NCBI GenBank assembly: GCA_026023565.1
Contig: JAPETS010000079.1
Location: 1-46,086 of the forward strand
DNA length: 46,086 nucleotides
Reading direction: 5' to 3'
Source: Cirrosporium novae-zelandiae
Taxonomy: Eukaryota
Positions within the stretch are counted from its first letter, which is position 1. Every line of letters starts with the position of its first letter. This document shows positions 11,539-23,268 of the stretch, one piece after another. The notes under the pieces are model-generated. The model worked only from the letters and a program-made list of their open reading frames with translations. It ran no database searches and was not told the DNA's origin. Both the position numbers and the translations under genes were made by a program.

Positions 11539-14128
11539 GGATTTGAAGGTTGATCAGGCATCATCATTCATCTCCCCTCTCTTGAACCAAGGTTGAAATG
11601 TGAGCAGAAATGGCAACGACAACGACAATGATGATCCTGTGGTTGGGGATGAACATTATATGATGGATGATAGGACAATCAACTGGTATTTTTTTGGAAA
11701 TGAACATCTGGAACGAAAACGACAATAGGCAGGCCCAAGTACGACAAAAAAGGGATTTTTTTCAACAACGGTAACAGTATGGCATGGGAAAATATGTGGG
11801 AAACACGAATGAAAAAATCTCTTGATGATGGGAAATGTTAATACATGGATGGATGTATGGGAGGGTTAACCTTGTCAATGACTATTCAACACTCTTCAAC
11901 GCCCATCATGCAAATAACCCATATGGCACCCCCTTTTTTTTAATTAGGATTCCGTTTTGAAAACGAGTGCATCATTGATGGAATGGAACAGAATACATGG
12001 GAACATCCTGCTGGACAGAAATAGGGTGTGTGTTTTGTGCTTTTTTTTTTCGAGAAACGTTTTTAATCGAACTTGTAGGAGTATTGAGTTGTTGCTGTGA
12101 CTTTTGTATAGTTAGGATAGGTTAGGTTAGATAGCTTTATCGGCGCCGTGGAATACGTATAAATATAAATATATATATATGTATATACATACATGGATAT
12201 ATGGATATATGAAAGTACAAGCAAAAGAAAAAAAAAGTATAGTTATGGAATTTGTTTGGCGTGTGGGGGTTTTTCTTTTTGCACACAACTAGATATATAA
12301 GAAACGTGCGTCCTTTTAAAGAACCTTCTCTTCTTTTTCTCTTTATTAGACTAATCAATCAACTAATTTAATTAATTATAAAACCGTTTTTTTTTTTTTT
12401 ACAACGAATCAAACAACCAACTAACTACCTAGGTAACTATATCTACCTAAACCAACACTTTCAAAAAAAAGAAAGAGCCAATGAATCCAGGGCTATGTAC
12501 GTATATATACGTATGTATGACTATCATACTATCCCACCTAACCATCCTACATCCTAACCACCATACTGATCATCCTACCTAACCACAAGTACACGTACAT
12601 ACGTACACAAAAAAACCAACCCAACCAACCCAACCAACCAATTACTACAAACTGCTCATTTAACTTCTTAATTAACACACGCGCAAGATTTTGCGGATTT
12701 TTGCGTACTGTGTGGGTTACTTATTATTTGAGTGGTACGTACCTTGGGTACTTGGGTACTTTGGGTACGTTAGTTACGTGTTTAAACTAAAGGGGTCGGT
12801 GACGCGTGGAGGTGGGGGCGAGAGGTTTGGAGTTGGAATTGGAATTGGAATTGGTTGGGGTGGGGGCGGGGGCGGGGGGGGGGTAAGAGTTGTAACATAT
12901 GTACTGTACGTTAATTTTAGTTGGGTGACTGGTTGGTTAGTTGGTTGGTTGGTTGGTTGGGTGAGAAGATCTGTTTGTTTTGTTTTGTTTTGTTTTATGT
13001 GTTTTTGTGTTTTGCTGTAAGTTGGTGGGGTGAGAGTTAAGTTTAGGGTTTGAATGTGAAATGTGAATGTATTAAGTATTAAGTGATGGATACTTTGGAA
13101 AGTATATATATATATATATAAAAAAGATTGTTTTTTATTTATTATTGGAAGAAAAACGTCTTAATTACTTAGGTACTGTGGGTAGGGTATTCACACTCAA
13201 GTACTGTCTGTACCTAATTAGCAGATAGTCTACCCAAGAATGATTACATTCCCTTTTTTTTTTGGCTTAATTAGATAAGGTAAGATAAGGTAAGTTAAGA
13301 AATGTTGGCTTGGCTTGGCTTGGCTTGGACCCTTCTTAACATTATTATTAGTACTTGTACTTGTGTTTTGAAGTTTATAAGAATTTTTTATAAGTACAAG
13401 TAGGTAAGTAAGTAAGTAGTAAGTAATTACATGTATATCAAGCTCCTTTTAGGGCTTGTTCGTTGTTTAGGTCCAAGGAGAGGGGGGGGGGGGAAGAGAG
13501 AAAATAAAAAATTGGAAGTAAGAAATAAAATACTCGAGTAAGAGGTATGTATTTCGTTCTTTTTTTTTCTTTTTCTTTTTTCCTATCTAACCATTTTCGA
13601 GAGTAGTGGGGTAGTGGGGTGAAAGTTATCATCTACTTGTAATTACCTAGGCAGTTGGGATTGATTAAGAGATGCATAGATGGAGGAGATATCTTTCCAA
13701 TTTTATTTTTATTTTTATTTATTAAAGAAAAACGTAGCTACCAAGTACAGGTACAAAAAAATAAAAATTAAGAAAGGTTTGTTTGAGCTCAAACTCCCAA
13801 GGGGAAATAAAATAAAAATTAAGGAGTAAGTAAGAGGGTATTTCGTTCTTTTTTCCTTTTCCTGTCCTCTTTTTCTTCGCCTTTTTCCCCAGCGCCATGC
13901 TTGTTTGTTAACCAACCAACCAACCAACCAGATAAAATGAAATCGTATGAATGATTTGATGATTGATGGGTGGTTTGGTTTAGCCAATCATCTAGCCCGA
14001 TTTAATAACCAACGCCACAATTTGATGAGTCCCTTTGGGCGATTAGGGATGTGGGGTATGTAGAGGATGTGGAGATGGATGTATTTCCCTCCACAGAGAG
14101 AGAGAGAGAGAGACTAACAACAACCCCC

Positions 14129-14464
14129 TCAACGTGTCTCCCAAAACTTCAACCCTCTCTTCATCCTTTCACTCAGCTTCCCCCTCGCCTCCCCAACCTC
14201 AACCTTTTTCGTATCGACTTCATCGAGGCCCACCGCGCCCACATACTCGTAGTGCTGTGCGGTATGCTTCTCGTCCTCCTTGTTGTGGGTTGTGGTTCGA
14301 CCGAAGGTAGAGTTGTGGGTTGTTTGGCGATCTATGATGGAGGTGTCGGAGAAGGAGGGGGTTTCCGAGGGGCGGCGGCAGGAGAGGGCTGAGGTTGAGG
14401 TTGGAGAGCGGTTGTTGTTGTGGAGGGGTTTGGTGGAGGTGTTGGGGGTGGATGGTGAGGACAT
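14129..14464 (-). CDS. Small hypothetical protein (111 aa)
   Basis: ATG in aaaATG context. Non-repetitive, coding-like island within simple-repeat DNA. No recognisable domain. Confidence 0.5.
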   Translation of the reverse strand: MSSPSTPNTSTKPLHNNNRSPTSTSALSCRRPSETPSFSDTSIIDRQTTHNSTFGRTTTHNKEDEKHTAQHYEYVGAVGLDEVDTKKVEVGEARGKLSERMKRGLKFWETR

Positions 14465-15141
14465 TTTGATGGACGGTGGTGTGTAATGTATGTAATGTGG
14501 TGGGTAGGTGTGGGTGTTTGTATCGTTTTGGTGTCGTTTTGAATAGAGGTGGTGTTATGGTGGGAGAGAGGCGTTGGTGTTTGTGTGAAATTGGTGGTGA
14601 TGGAAAAGATGTGGTTGGAGAAGATGTAAGAGGGTTTGACGATTAATTGGAAGAAGTATGAATACCTGTAGTCAAGGTAAAAGGGTAAAGGAAGAAGAAA
14701 AGAAAGAGGAAATGGAGATACTTATGTACTGTGTATCTATTTTGTGATGCGGAGTAATCGATAAGCGAAGGAATTGTTGGAGAAGCACAGACGGGGAAAC
14801 AAAACACAAATTTGGTTGAGGTCTGGGGCATCGGTAATTGTGACGTAAGAGATTTACATTTGAGGGCCGAGGGCTTTTCCACACACAGTTTGTTTGGTTT
14901 GTTTGGTTTGTTTGGTTTATCCTGTTTGTCTTTTGAATTTTGGAGGATTTGTAATTTTGCGCCTGAGGGGGAGGGGATGCCTGACAAATTGACCTTGGTG
15001 CATGGGGCTCTTTTTTTTTCTTTTCTGCTTGTATATTAAATATTTATACCCTTCTTTACCTTTTCATTCTGATGCTGCTAATCCCTTTGCAATAATTATA
15101 TCAAAAAAGCCTTGACAAAATTTGAAAGAGGAACGTGAAAA

Positions 15142-16695
15142 ATGGCTGATATGGATATTGACCCCACCAACCAGGAAGAAGAAGAAGAAGAGGATGATGA
15201 AGTGCAACTTGATCCCGGGGATGCAGAAGAAGTATGTTCCTAATTTTTTATCTCATGGGGATGTGAGCGCAGTAATTCTAATGATAACTTTTAGGTAATT
15301 GAACTCCAGAACGACTCCGCCGCCCACTTCGACGGTCACTCAGATTCCATTCTCTGCATCGCCCAACATCCAATCCACTCCTCCATAGTCGCAACAGGTG
15401 GTGTCGATGACTTGGCCTATATTTTCGATAGCACACCCGCAGAGAAGCCAGTTCTACCAAGTAGCTGGGGAAGTAACCCTATCGCAGCAGACAATGCGGA
15501 GCGAGAATCGCTGAAGCCGCTGGTGAAGTTGGAGGGTCACAAAGATTCCGTCAGCGCGATAACATTCACGTTACCCAATGGTGAATTCCTGGTAACAACT
15601 GGACTGGATGGCCAAATACGGGTCTACCAGGACAAATCGCCCGAGCTCACAGGCACCCAATACATCTTCCTAGCTTCTGCTCAAGAGACAGAAGATATCA
15701 ACTGGCTAACACCATGTCCCAACCCGACCTATCCCAACACCTTCGCCCTGGGCGCAAAAGATGGTTCCGTCTGGATCTACACAATCAACCCCTCAGACCC
15801 CACAACGCCCCTCACAATTGCCCAAGCCTTCTACCTCCACACTGGCGAAAGCACCGCCGGTGCCTGGAACCCCACAGGTGACCTCCTCGCCTCCGTATCT
15901 GACGACTCCGCTCTCCTCGTTTTCGATGCCTTCGGCCTCTACTCTGCCGCGGGTCTCGCAAACCCAGTCGGGAGTCAAACAGTCGTAGCACTAAACGCAC
16001 AAGACCAAAGATTTGCCGTCGAAGGCGGCCTCTACTGCGTCGCCATCGCCCCAGGAGGTGCATTCGTAGCCGTAGGCGGCGCAAACGGCACCGTCAAAAT
16101 CATCGGACTCCCACGACTCCCCGACACCACCACCACCCCTAGCTCATCAAAATCCAAATCCAAATCAAAAGCCCGCGCCACTGCCAACACAAGCACTGCT
16201 GGTCAAGCCGGCCAAATCCTAGCCAGCCTTAGCGCCCAAGGAAACTCCCCCGACGACTCCATCGAAACCCTCTCATTCTCCAGCCCCCAATTCAACCTCC
16301 TAGCCGCCGGCTGCGTCGACGGAAGTGTCGCCGTCTTCGACACCCAACATGCCTTTCGCCTTCGCAGAATGATTTCTGATGCCCACGAAGGGTACGCAGT
16401 CGTGAAGGTGGAGTTTGTGAGAGATAGTAGTGTGCTTACGAGTGTGGGATATGATGGCGTTGTTAGGAGATGGGAAACTAGAGGGGGAATGATGGGTGCA
16501 AGTGGAAGTGGAAGTGGAAGTGCGAGTGGAAGTGGGGCGGGGGGATTGATGGGTGAGTGGAAGGGACATCCGCCTGTTGATGAAGAGGGGCAGGGAGGCG
16601 GGATCTTGGGTTTCGTGCAGGGTGGGGGGGAGAGGATCGTTACGGCGGGGAATGAGGGTGTTGGGTTGATTTTTGAGGCTGGGAAGAGATCGTAG
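15142..16695 (+). CDS. SQT1: Ribosome assembly WD40 protein Sqt1 (uL16 chaperone), about 496 aa. Exons 15142-15231, 15295-16695
   Basis: Acidic N-terminus, then IELQNDSAAHFDGHSDSILCIAQHP, LEGHKDSV, GAKDGSVW, DQRFAVEGGLYCVAI, GGGILGFVQG..IVTAG. GTATGT...TAG intron with CTAAT branch point. Confidence 0.88.
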
Positions 16696-17430
16696 TGGAG
16701 ATGTGGGAGGTAGGTGGTGGTTGGGGATGAATAGGGAACTACAAAAAATCGGGATTTATAGAATTTGCTATGGGTGGATGGATGCTTATATCGAAATACC
16801 ACATCACACTACGCTGTAGGGCATAGTGCTGGATGAACAATGAAGGAAAGAAATGGGATTTTTTTTTTAATTTCGTTCAACGATTGACTATCTAGGTAGT
16901 TAAGCTACCTCTCTTAGCTATTATGTGAATGGATGAAAGAGTAGATATGGATATGGATTATTTACGTATGTGCGTGTATATGTGTGTCTATGTGCTTGAG
17001 ATTATAATTAAAAAAACAAAAAGAATTAAAAAAAAGAATCGAAAAAAAAAAGGAATTGATCATTTCCTTTTTTCTTCCACCCTCTTCTTTCCTTCTTTTT
17101 CCCCTATCTTTTCCCTCTCCCTCCCTTTACTTACTTCCCACCTTTTTTTAGTTTCATTACTCATTTATCTCTTATATTTGATCCATCCATCCGTCTATCT
17201 AACACCCAAAACCCAAGTCTAAAATTTAAATAAATAAATAAATAAATAACCACATCCTTATTATCCTTTATCCCCTCCCTCCCTTTTTTTTTTTTACCTT
17301 CCTTATTAATTCCCATCCCATTTCGTCATCCCATCTTATCCCACCCCTATCCCCCATTCCATTCCACATATATAGTATACAGTCTACACCTCTCCATCTC
17401 TCCATCTCTCCATCTCTCCATATTCTTGTA

Positions 17431-17488
17431 TTACCCATATTACCCATATTACCCATATTACCCATATTACCCATATTACCCATATTAC
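17431..17488. repeat. 9-bp tandem repeat (TTACCCATA) about 6 copies, within a simple-repeat-rich spacer (about 16860-18830)
   Basis: Seen directly. Confidence 0.9.
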
Positions 17489-18887
17489 TTATTCATTACA
17501 CACACTCAACGTTAGGTGAATTAAATTTGGGGGCTTGGTGTTTGGGGGTTAAGGTGGAGGAGTGGATAATAGTGATAATAGTGACATAATAACTTAATGG
17601 AAGAGTGAGGAGATGATAATAGGGATAGTGGTGGTGGTGGTGGTGGTGGTGGTAATAGTACTTTGTAGGGATAGGGGTGATAGTGGAAGAGAGAGTGAAG
17701 GGGTATCATCATAATAGCGATGATAATAATGGTAACTGAATGATACTATATGGTAGTGATAGTGATAGTGATATCGCGCGTGGTAATGATAACGATGATG
17801 ATGATGATGATAACGATAATGATGATAGCAATGATATCCCATCCCCTCCACCTTATCCATCTACCCCTCTCCTTCCCCCCATACCCCCTTTAGACCCATG
17901 AATATAAACCCAATCCAATCCCAAATCTACGACTCGTTCACCTTATCCACCAAAAGGAAGCGATCCCCCTCCCCTCCCCCCTTTCCCCTTTCACCTTTTA
18001 CCCCTTCTCCAACTTCTCGAGTAAAGTGAGCAATCAAGTAGACTAAGTAAAGGAGGAGGAAGGGAGGAGTGAAGGTCTAGGGAGAGGATGGAAGAGAAGA
18101 AGAAGAAGAAGAAGAAGAAGCGCATAATGGGAATATCCCTTATCTTTTTATCCTTTTTTTTTTTTTTTACGGTGGTAGGATAATATTTATGTTTATATAT
18201 ATATCATTTATAACCTCCTTAACCTCCTTAACCTCCCTTCCCTTCTTTAGGATCCATCACCATTACTATGAAATCAAAGTAAACCTTTGACTAGAAACTG
18301 AAACTGGAACCGAAAAGTACGTATAGACATATATATATATATATTTGCGATTTGGGGGTTTGTTTGGGATTTGGGATGGGATATGGGATATGTTGGATTT
18401 GTGTTGTGCTGTAGAAAGGAAAAAAAAAAAAAAAAGGCCTTAGTTGGGATGGGTTGGGGTTGAATAGGATGAGGTGGAATAGAGTAGGATGAGATTCTGG
18501 GCTGTGTGGTTCTTCTTTCCTTCCTTTCTTTCTTTCTTGCTTCGTCCAAGGAAATTTGGGAGTTGATAACGAGATAAATAGATGGATGTATAAGGATCAC
18601 AAGGCACAAGACATAAGACACAAGGGCCAAAAATCAAAAATCTAAAATAATAAAAATCCCATTATATTCATTTCATTTCTGGGCATAATAATATGTGTGA
18701 GAGAGGGTGAGAGATTGAAGGAGAGGAAGAGGGATTATATTTTTTTGTCTTTGTTTTTCTGTTTTTTTTTTTTTGCTTTCTTTCTTTCTTGGGGTTAATA
18801 TTTCTTATTCATTAACACTAATCATCCCACTTTCTCACTTAATCCTTTCCCTCCACCTCCCTATACATACATTAACATAGATACATA

Positions 18888-19848
18888 TCACGACCCCATC
18901 GTCATCATCATCAACCCCATCACGAAAACCGGAACCATCATCATCCATCCACCCGGCGGGGAATTTAAACCGGGAGGAGCGGCAGATGTGATTCTTTCGG
19001 TGGCGTAGATGAGTTCGAAGCCGATGTCCGTGGAATTGAAGCAGTTTGTTGAGTTTACTTCGGCGACGTCGTCGGGGTCGGCGAAAGTTATGTCGACGCA
19101 CTGGGGGTTTGTTAGGGTTGTGTGTCATGTGTGGAGGGATATGGGTTGTAAAGTGTTTAATGTATAAGGTGAGGGGGATTGCAACATACATTATACAAAG
19201 CTGCTCCATGCACCGCCGTCTCCACGACTTGAATCGTTGCATTGTCTCCAATCTGGACGCTCGCATTCGTCGGTAATGGTACTTGCGGCAGACAGAACGT
19301 CCCTGGGTATGGCTCCTTGGTCGGTCCTATGATTTGAAATACAGAAACCATCGGGTTCGACATGTTGGGTGGGAGGGTGCCGTAGCCTAGGTTGATGTAG
19401 AACATGGCGGTTGCATGACCGGCGAACCAGCCCGGTTGAATGGCGATGGCGCCGCCTTTTACGGGCCATTTGGTTCGGTTTTGTGAGATGGGCATTCCAC
19501 CGCCTGGAAGAGGGGTTAGTGAGGGGTTTCTTTTGGGGTGGGGAGAAGATGGGATTTTTTGATCTTGTTTGGTTGTTTTGTCGTTGATGCTTCTGCTTTC
19601 TCGCCGAGATGACTTGGTGAAAATGTTTACTTACATGGATACATCCACTGCATTCCGTATGGAAAGGTCTGATTGTCTCCTTCACCTAACCCTCGCGTTT
19701 CCTGAATCGTGCCATTCGTTTGGAGGTTGTCGCCTCTCCATCCTGGATATGTGATTACGGTGTGAGCGGAGATGAGAGTGCTGGTGGCGAGGAAAAAGAG
19801 GATGGTGTTGAGGAGAGAGGAAATTGAAGCTATCGATCGTCTGGTCAT
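18888..19848 (-). CDS. Secreted GPI-anchored BIM1/X325-like putative copper-binding protein (about 246 aa). Exons 19848-19635, 19503-19190, 19100-18888
   Basis: Signal peptide ending ISA followed by HTVITYPGWRG; YPCGG, FCLPQVPLP, NATIQVVE, ALYNCVDITF motifs; hydrophobic GPI-type C-terminus. Two canonical introns give a 741-nt frame. Confidence 0.85.
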
Positions 19849-21438
19849 GGCTGGATATGTGTGTAATAATGTTATCGACCTTCTCTTTTCTTTGCTGTCG
19901 CTTTTTGCCCAGCAAGGATTCTCTTTCGCAAAGTTAAAACAGGGTAATCCCAAGATATCCCAATTTCCTTAATTTTTTTATCTGCTGCGCCTGCGCTGCT
20001 GAATGGTGTAACTGATGGCAATTCGCAATGAAGAGGAGAATTAGAAAGAATGGGAAAATAGGAATAGATACCAAGAAAAGAGATGATTACTTTGCTGCTA
20101 GCATCAGCAGGGTGACAGACTTGCCTTTTTCTCTTCTCATCATTGTCAAGTCAAGCTGTCAGCGGTAAGAATAGCAGGGGAGCCCAATGGACTAGGCCAG
20201 TGGATTACAGGCCCGTTGAGAGGTGGTGGCCCATCGAATGGCCGTCCATGTCCTAGACTCCTACGACCATGTAGACTTTTGCCATACAGATTGTCACACT
20301 GGAAGCTCCTCGGTGATTTGTTGATGAGCGGCAGCATTTTTAGGGATTGGGGTAGGATTGAAAAGAACCACTGAGAAACAAGAAAGATGGATTTCCGAGT
20401 TGGTGAGGAACAGGGATCTTTGTTGGATTTTGGGGGCAGAGGGGCAGAGGGGGAGACCGGGCGCGTAAAATGAAGAAAACACCAATCATTGGAATACTTG
20501 ACGATTCGGTCATCGGGGATAGTGATAATGGGGCGTGATGGCTTCTGGTATATGCATCAATAGCTTTGAAATGGCTTATTACTTGCATCGAAGAATTCCA
20601 TTGTGCTAGATTCCATTATATGTCAGGATATTCTTTATGCATCACTTCTTTATCGTGGTGTTCTAGAGTACGAGTATAGCCGAGGATGAAACATTTAGTA
20701 TTGAAACATTCAACCAATCAACTCAGAGTACTTAGGTATATACATGTAGATATGGCAACAACATCAACTCCACCAGAATTAATGAACAGGCTCGTATATC
20801 ACTGTCACGTAGCTTGTAACTAGCATCAAATAAATAAACCCAATCCACTCAGATACTACCATTTGGGTGCTGACAATCTCCACCTTGGCGCATAACCTCC
20901 ATGTCGTGGCTTGAGCATGTCATGGAGATCCTTATAATTTCCTAGACCGTCTCGGAAGCCTTTCCATTTCCTTTCCAGAAGACTTTGGGACCAATGGTGA
21001 TGATGCTTTTGTGGACGGAAATTCTCTTCCCTGCTCCCCCTAAGCGCCCGGAACGCGCCTGCTTCATAGTCATACAAAGACAAACCCAAGGTTAAGACCA
21101 AGACTTGTCGTCTGCTGTAGGCGCAATCCGCTCATATCTTGCTTAGGGCTAGCTACCGGATACACTCGAGAGCTGGTGGTGCCTTTGAGATATTGCTTCT
21201 GTCCTCAGTGCAACTCACTCCTACTGCTATATGTAGAGTTGGAAATTACCAATTTTGAGAACCTTTGTTAGTCTTATATGTGGCAAATTAAAGGTTCAAG
21301 ACGATGAAAATGTTCAAGTCTTCTTTGAAGCCATTGCATATATCACCTTGAGATCATCTTGGAAAATCAGACATTCGGGAGCATATTGAGAATAACAACA
21401 GCACCGCAAGCCTTCAGTCTGTCGTTTAGATCCGTCAA

Positions 21439-22704
21439 TCACAATCTCTCGCCTGGATGGAGAGTTTTCAGAAACCCCAACACCTCTTTCAAAACTTCCT
21501 CGGGTTGCTCCTGTGCAACCCAATGTCCAGCATTGTCGATAAACTTCGAACCTCGAAAATCGGTACAGAATCGAGGCATTTTCTCCAGCGCCCCTGGCTC
21601 TTGAAATGAACCTAAAGTATATCCCTCAGTAACGATCTTCGTCGTTGACAATGCAGTACTAGGTCTCTTACCCCAATCCTTTGTTCCCGCAATATATAGT
21701 GTGGGTACTTCCAACTTCTTCCCAGCAAACATGTCGAAATCTCTTCGGTTATGTGGATCCGTCTGCACTCTATACCAATTTAGGCCTCCCTGAAATCCAG
21801 TTCGTTGATACTCTTTCACATAGACATCTAATTCCTCGTCAGTTAGCCAGCGTGAACCTTTTTTCTTCACCTCTTCAATGTTTTCATTTTCCATGTCTCG
21901 CTCGATTGCTTCGCGCATGCTATCACCGAGAGGCATTGTATAGTAGTATGGTAGCTTGGAGAGTTCATAGGCATTCCAAGTTTTCAAAGTATGCGGATCA
22001 TTGCCGGTCCAGTCCGCACTCTTGAGGTGGAAGTATCCTCGAAGGAATTTATGAAGCCCTTCTGGTGGATTCAACATATCCGAGTTCGCGGGCTCGGTTG
22101 AATAATACCACTTATAAAGCTTCCTTGGCTCCTGAAGCTTCGCAAGTTCCTCGTGGATATTCGGCAGCCCAGCGGTGTTCTCGACTTTGAACCCTGTACT
22201 AGGGTGCTTTGTATCGAATGGCAAAACCGGAGATCCCTTAAAGGGATGGCTCATGAGAATAAGCCCCTCAAAAAGATCTGGTCTAGCCAATGCGGAAGCT
22301 GCTCCAAGCACAGCGCCCATATCATGCGAAATGATACACCTAACCCTCTCATATCCTAGCGCATGTACTAGAACGATTACATCTCTGATTATATTTGTTA
22401 TACTAAAGCTCCTTAGATCCGCCTCTTTAAATGGACGTGTATCCCATCCTGTCGTGCGCCCAAAGCCTCGATGATCAACCGCAACAACGTAGTAACCAGC
22501 GCTTGCGAGCGGTGGCATTAATTTACGCCAGGAGTAAGCAATCTCAGGGAAGCCATGGAGAAGAAGGAGGAGCGGTCGTTTATAGGAATCATCAACGCCG
22601 GCTTCGAGGATGTGGAAGGATAGGTCGCCAGAGTCGCTCTGGATTTGTCGTTCGGAAATGGCAACAGGCAAAGGGAGATTAAAAAGGGTCGATGGGTTGC
22701 TCAT
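21439..22704 (-). CDS. Epoxide hydrolase-like alpha/beta hydrolase (about 401 aa after a 60-nt intron at 21671-21612)
   Basis: LLLHGFPE (HGxP), VDHRGFG, SHDMGA nucleophile Asp, GGLNWYR, AGHWVAQEQPE. Confidence 0.92.
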   Translation of the reverse strand: MSNPSTLFNLPLPVAISERQIQSDSGDLSFHILEAGVDDSYKRPLLLLLHGFPEIAYSWRKLMPPLASAGYYVVAVDHRGFGRTTGWDTRPFKEADLRSFSITNIIRDVIVLVHALGYERVRCIISHDMGAVLGAASALARPDLFEGLILMSHPFKGSPVLPFDTKHPSTGFKVENTAGLPNIHEELAKLQEPRKLYKWYYSTEPANSDMLNPPEGLHKFLRGYFHLKSADWTGNDPHTLKTWNAYELSKLPYYYTMPLGDSMREAIERDMENENIEEVKKKGSRWLTDEELDVYVKEYQRTGFQGGLNWYRVQTDPHNRRDFDMFAGKKLEVPTLYIAGTKDWGKRPSTALSTTKIVTEGYTLGSFQEPGALEKMPRFCTDFRGSKFIDNAGHWVAQEQPEEVLKEVLGFLKTLHPGERL

Positions 22705-23268
22705 TGTACGGTCTAAGTGATTGAAATAATGGATGAGTTGGGTATTGTAGCTAATGGAAGTAAGTCTGTTAGTAAATAGGAACGGGACAAATATGATAAT
22801 AACAAAAAACAGAGGTAGCCTTTAGAGATGATAAAGTATATAAGCATTATACCGAGAAATTATTGATAAGGTTATGACATCAATAATAGCAATATCACTT
22901 ATTAGTGACATGATAGCCGTTAGCCTTTTGTACATGTACAGGCTCTCTGCTTATTGAGCATGAGAATGCGGAGTTGACGGAGAATATCCGTCAGACGATC
23001 TAACCCCTTTTGGGAATGCCATAATACCATCAAGGACATACAAGTAGATGATCACTGATTAATGTATATAACTAACAGTATAACTAGTAGTATACGCTTT
23101 CATTAACCTTTCCAAATATCAGCTACCGTGTAGATACCATTCCCCTTCCAATTATGTATTATTGTCTATAGATCTCTAAGGGCTCAGTCTCTGTTTAGCA
23201 AGGAAGCCCATTTGACAAATCGCCGGATGGGAATTTATTCCTGTGATGGTAGTTCTTCTCCCAAACAA

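Noticed and set aside
20856..21200. Coding-looking minus-strand segment (ORF 20856-21101; another frame gives ISVHKSIIT, faintly BTB-like)
   Set aside because: Multiple stops and no convincing family match; possibly a gene relic but unsupported.
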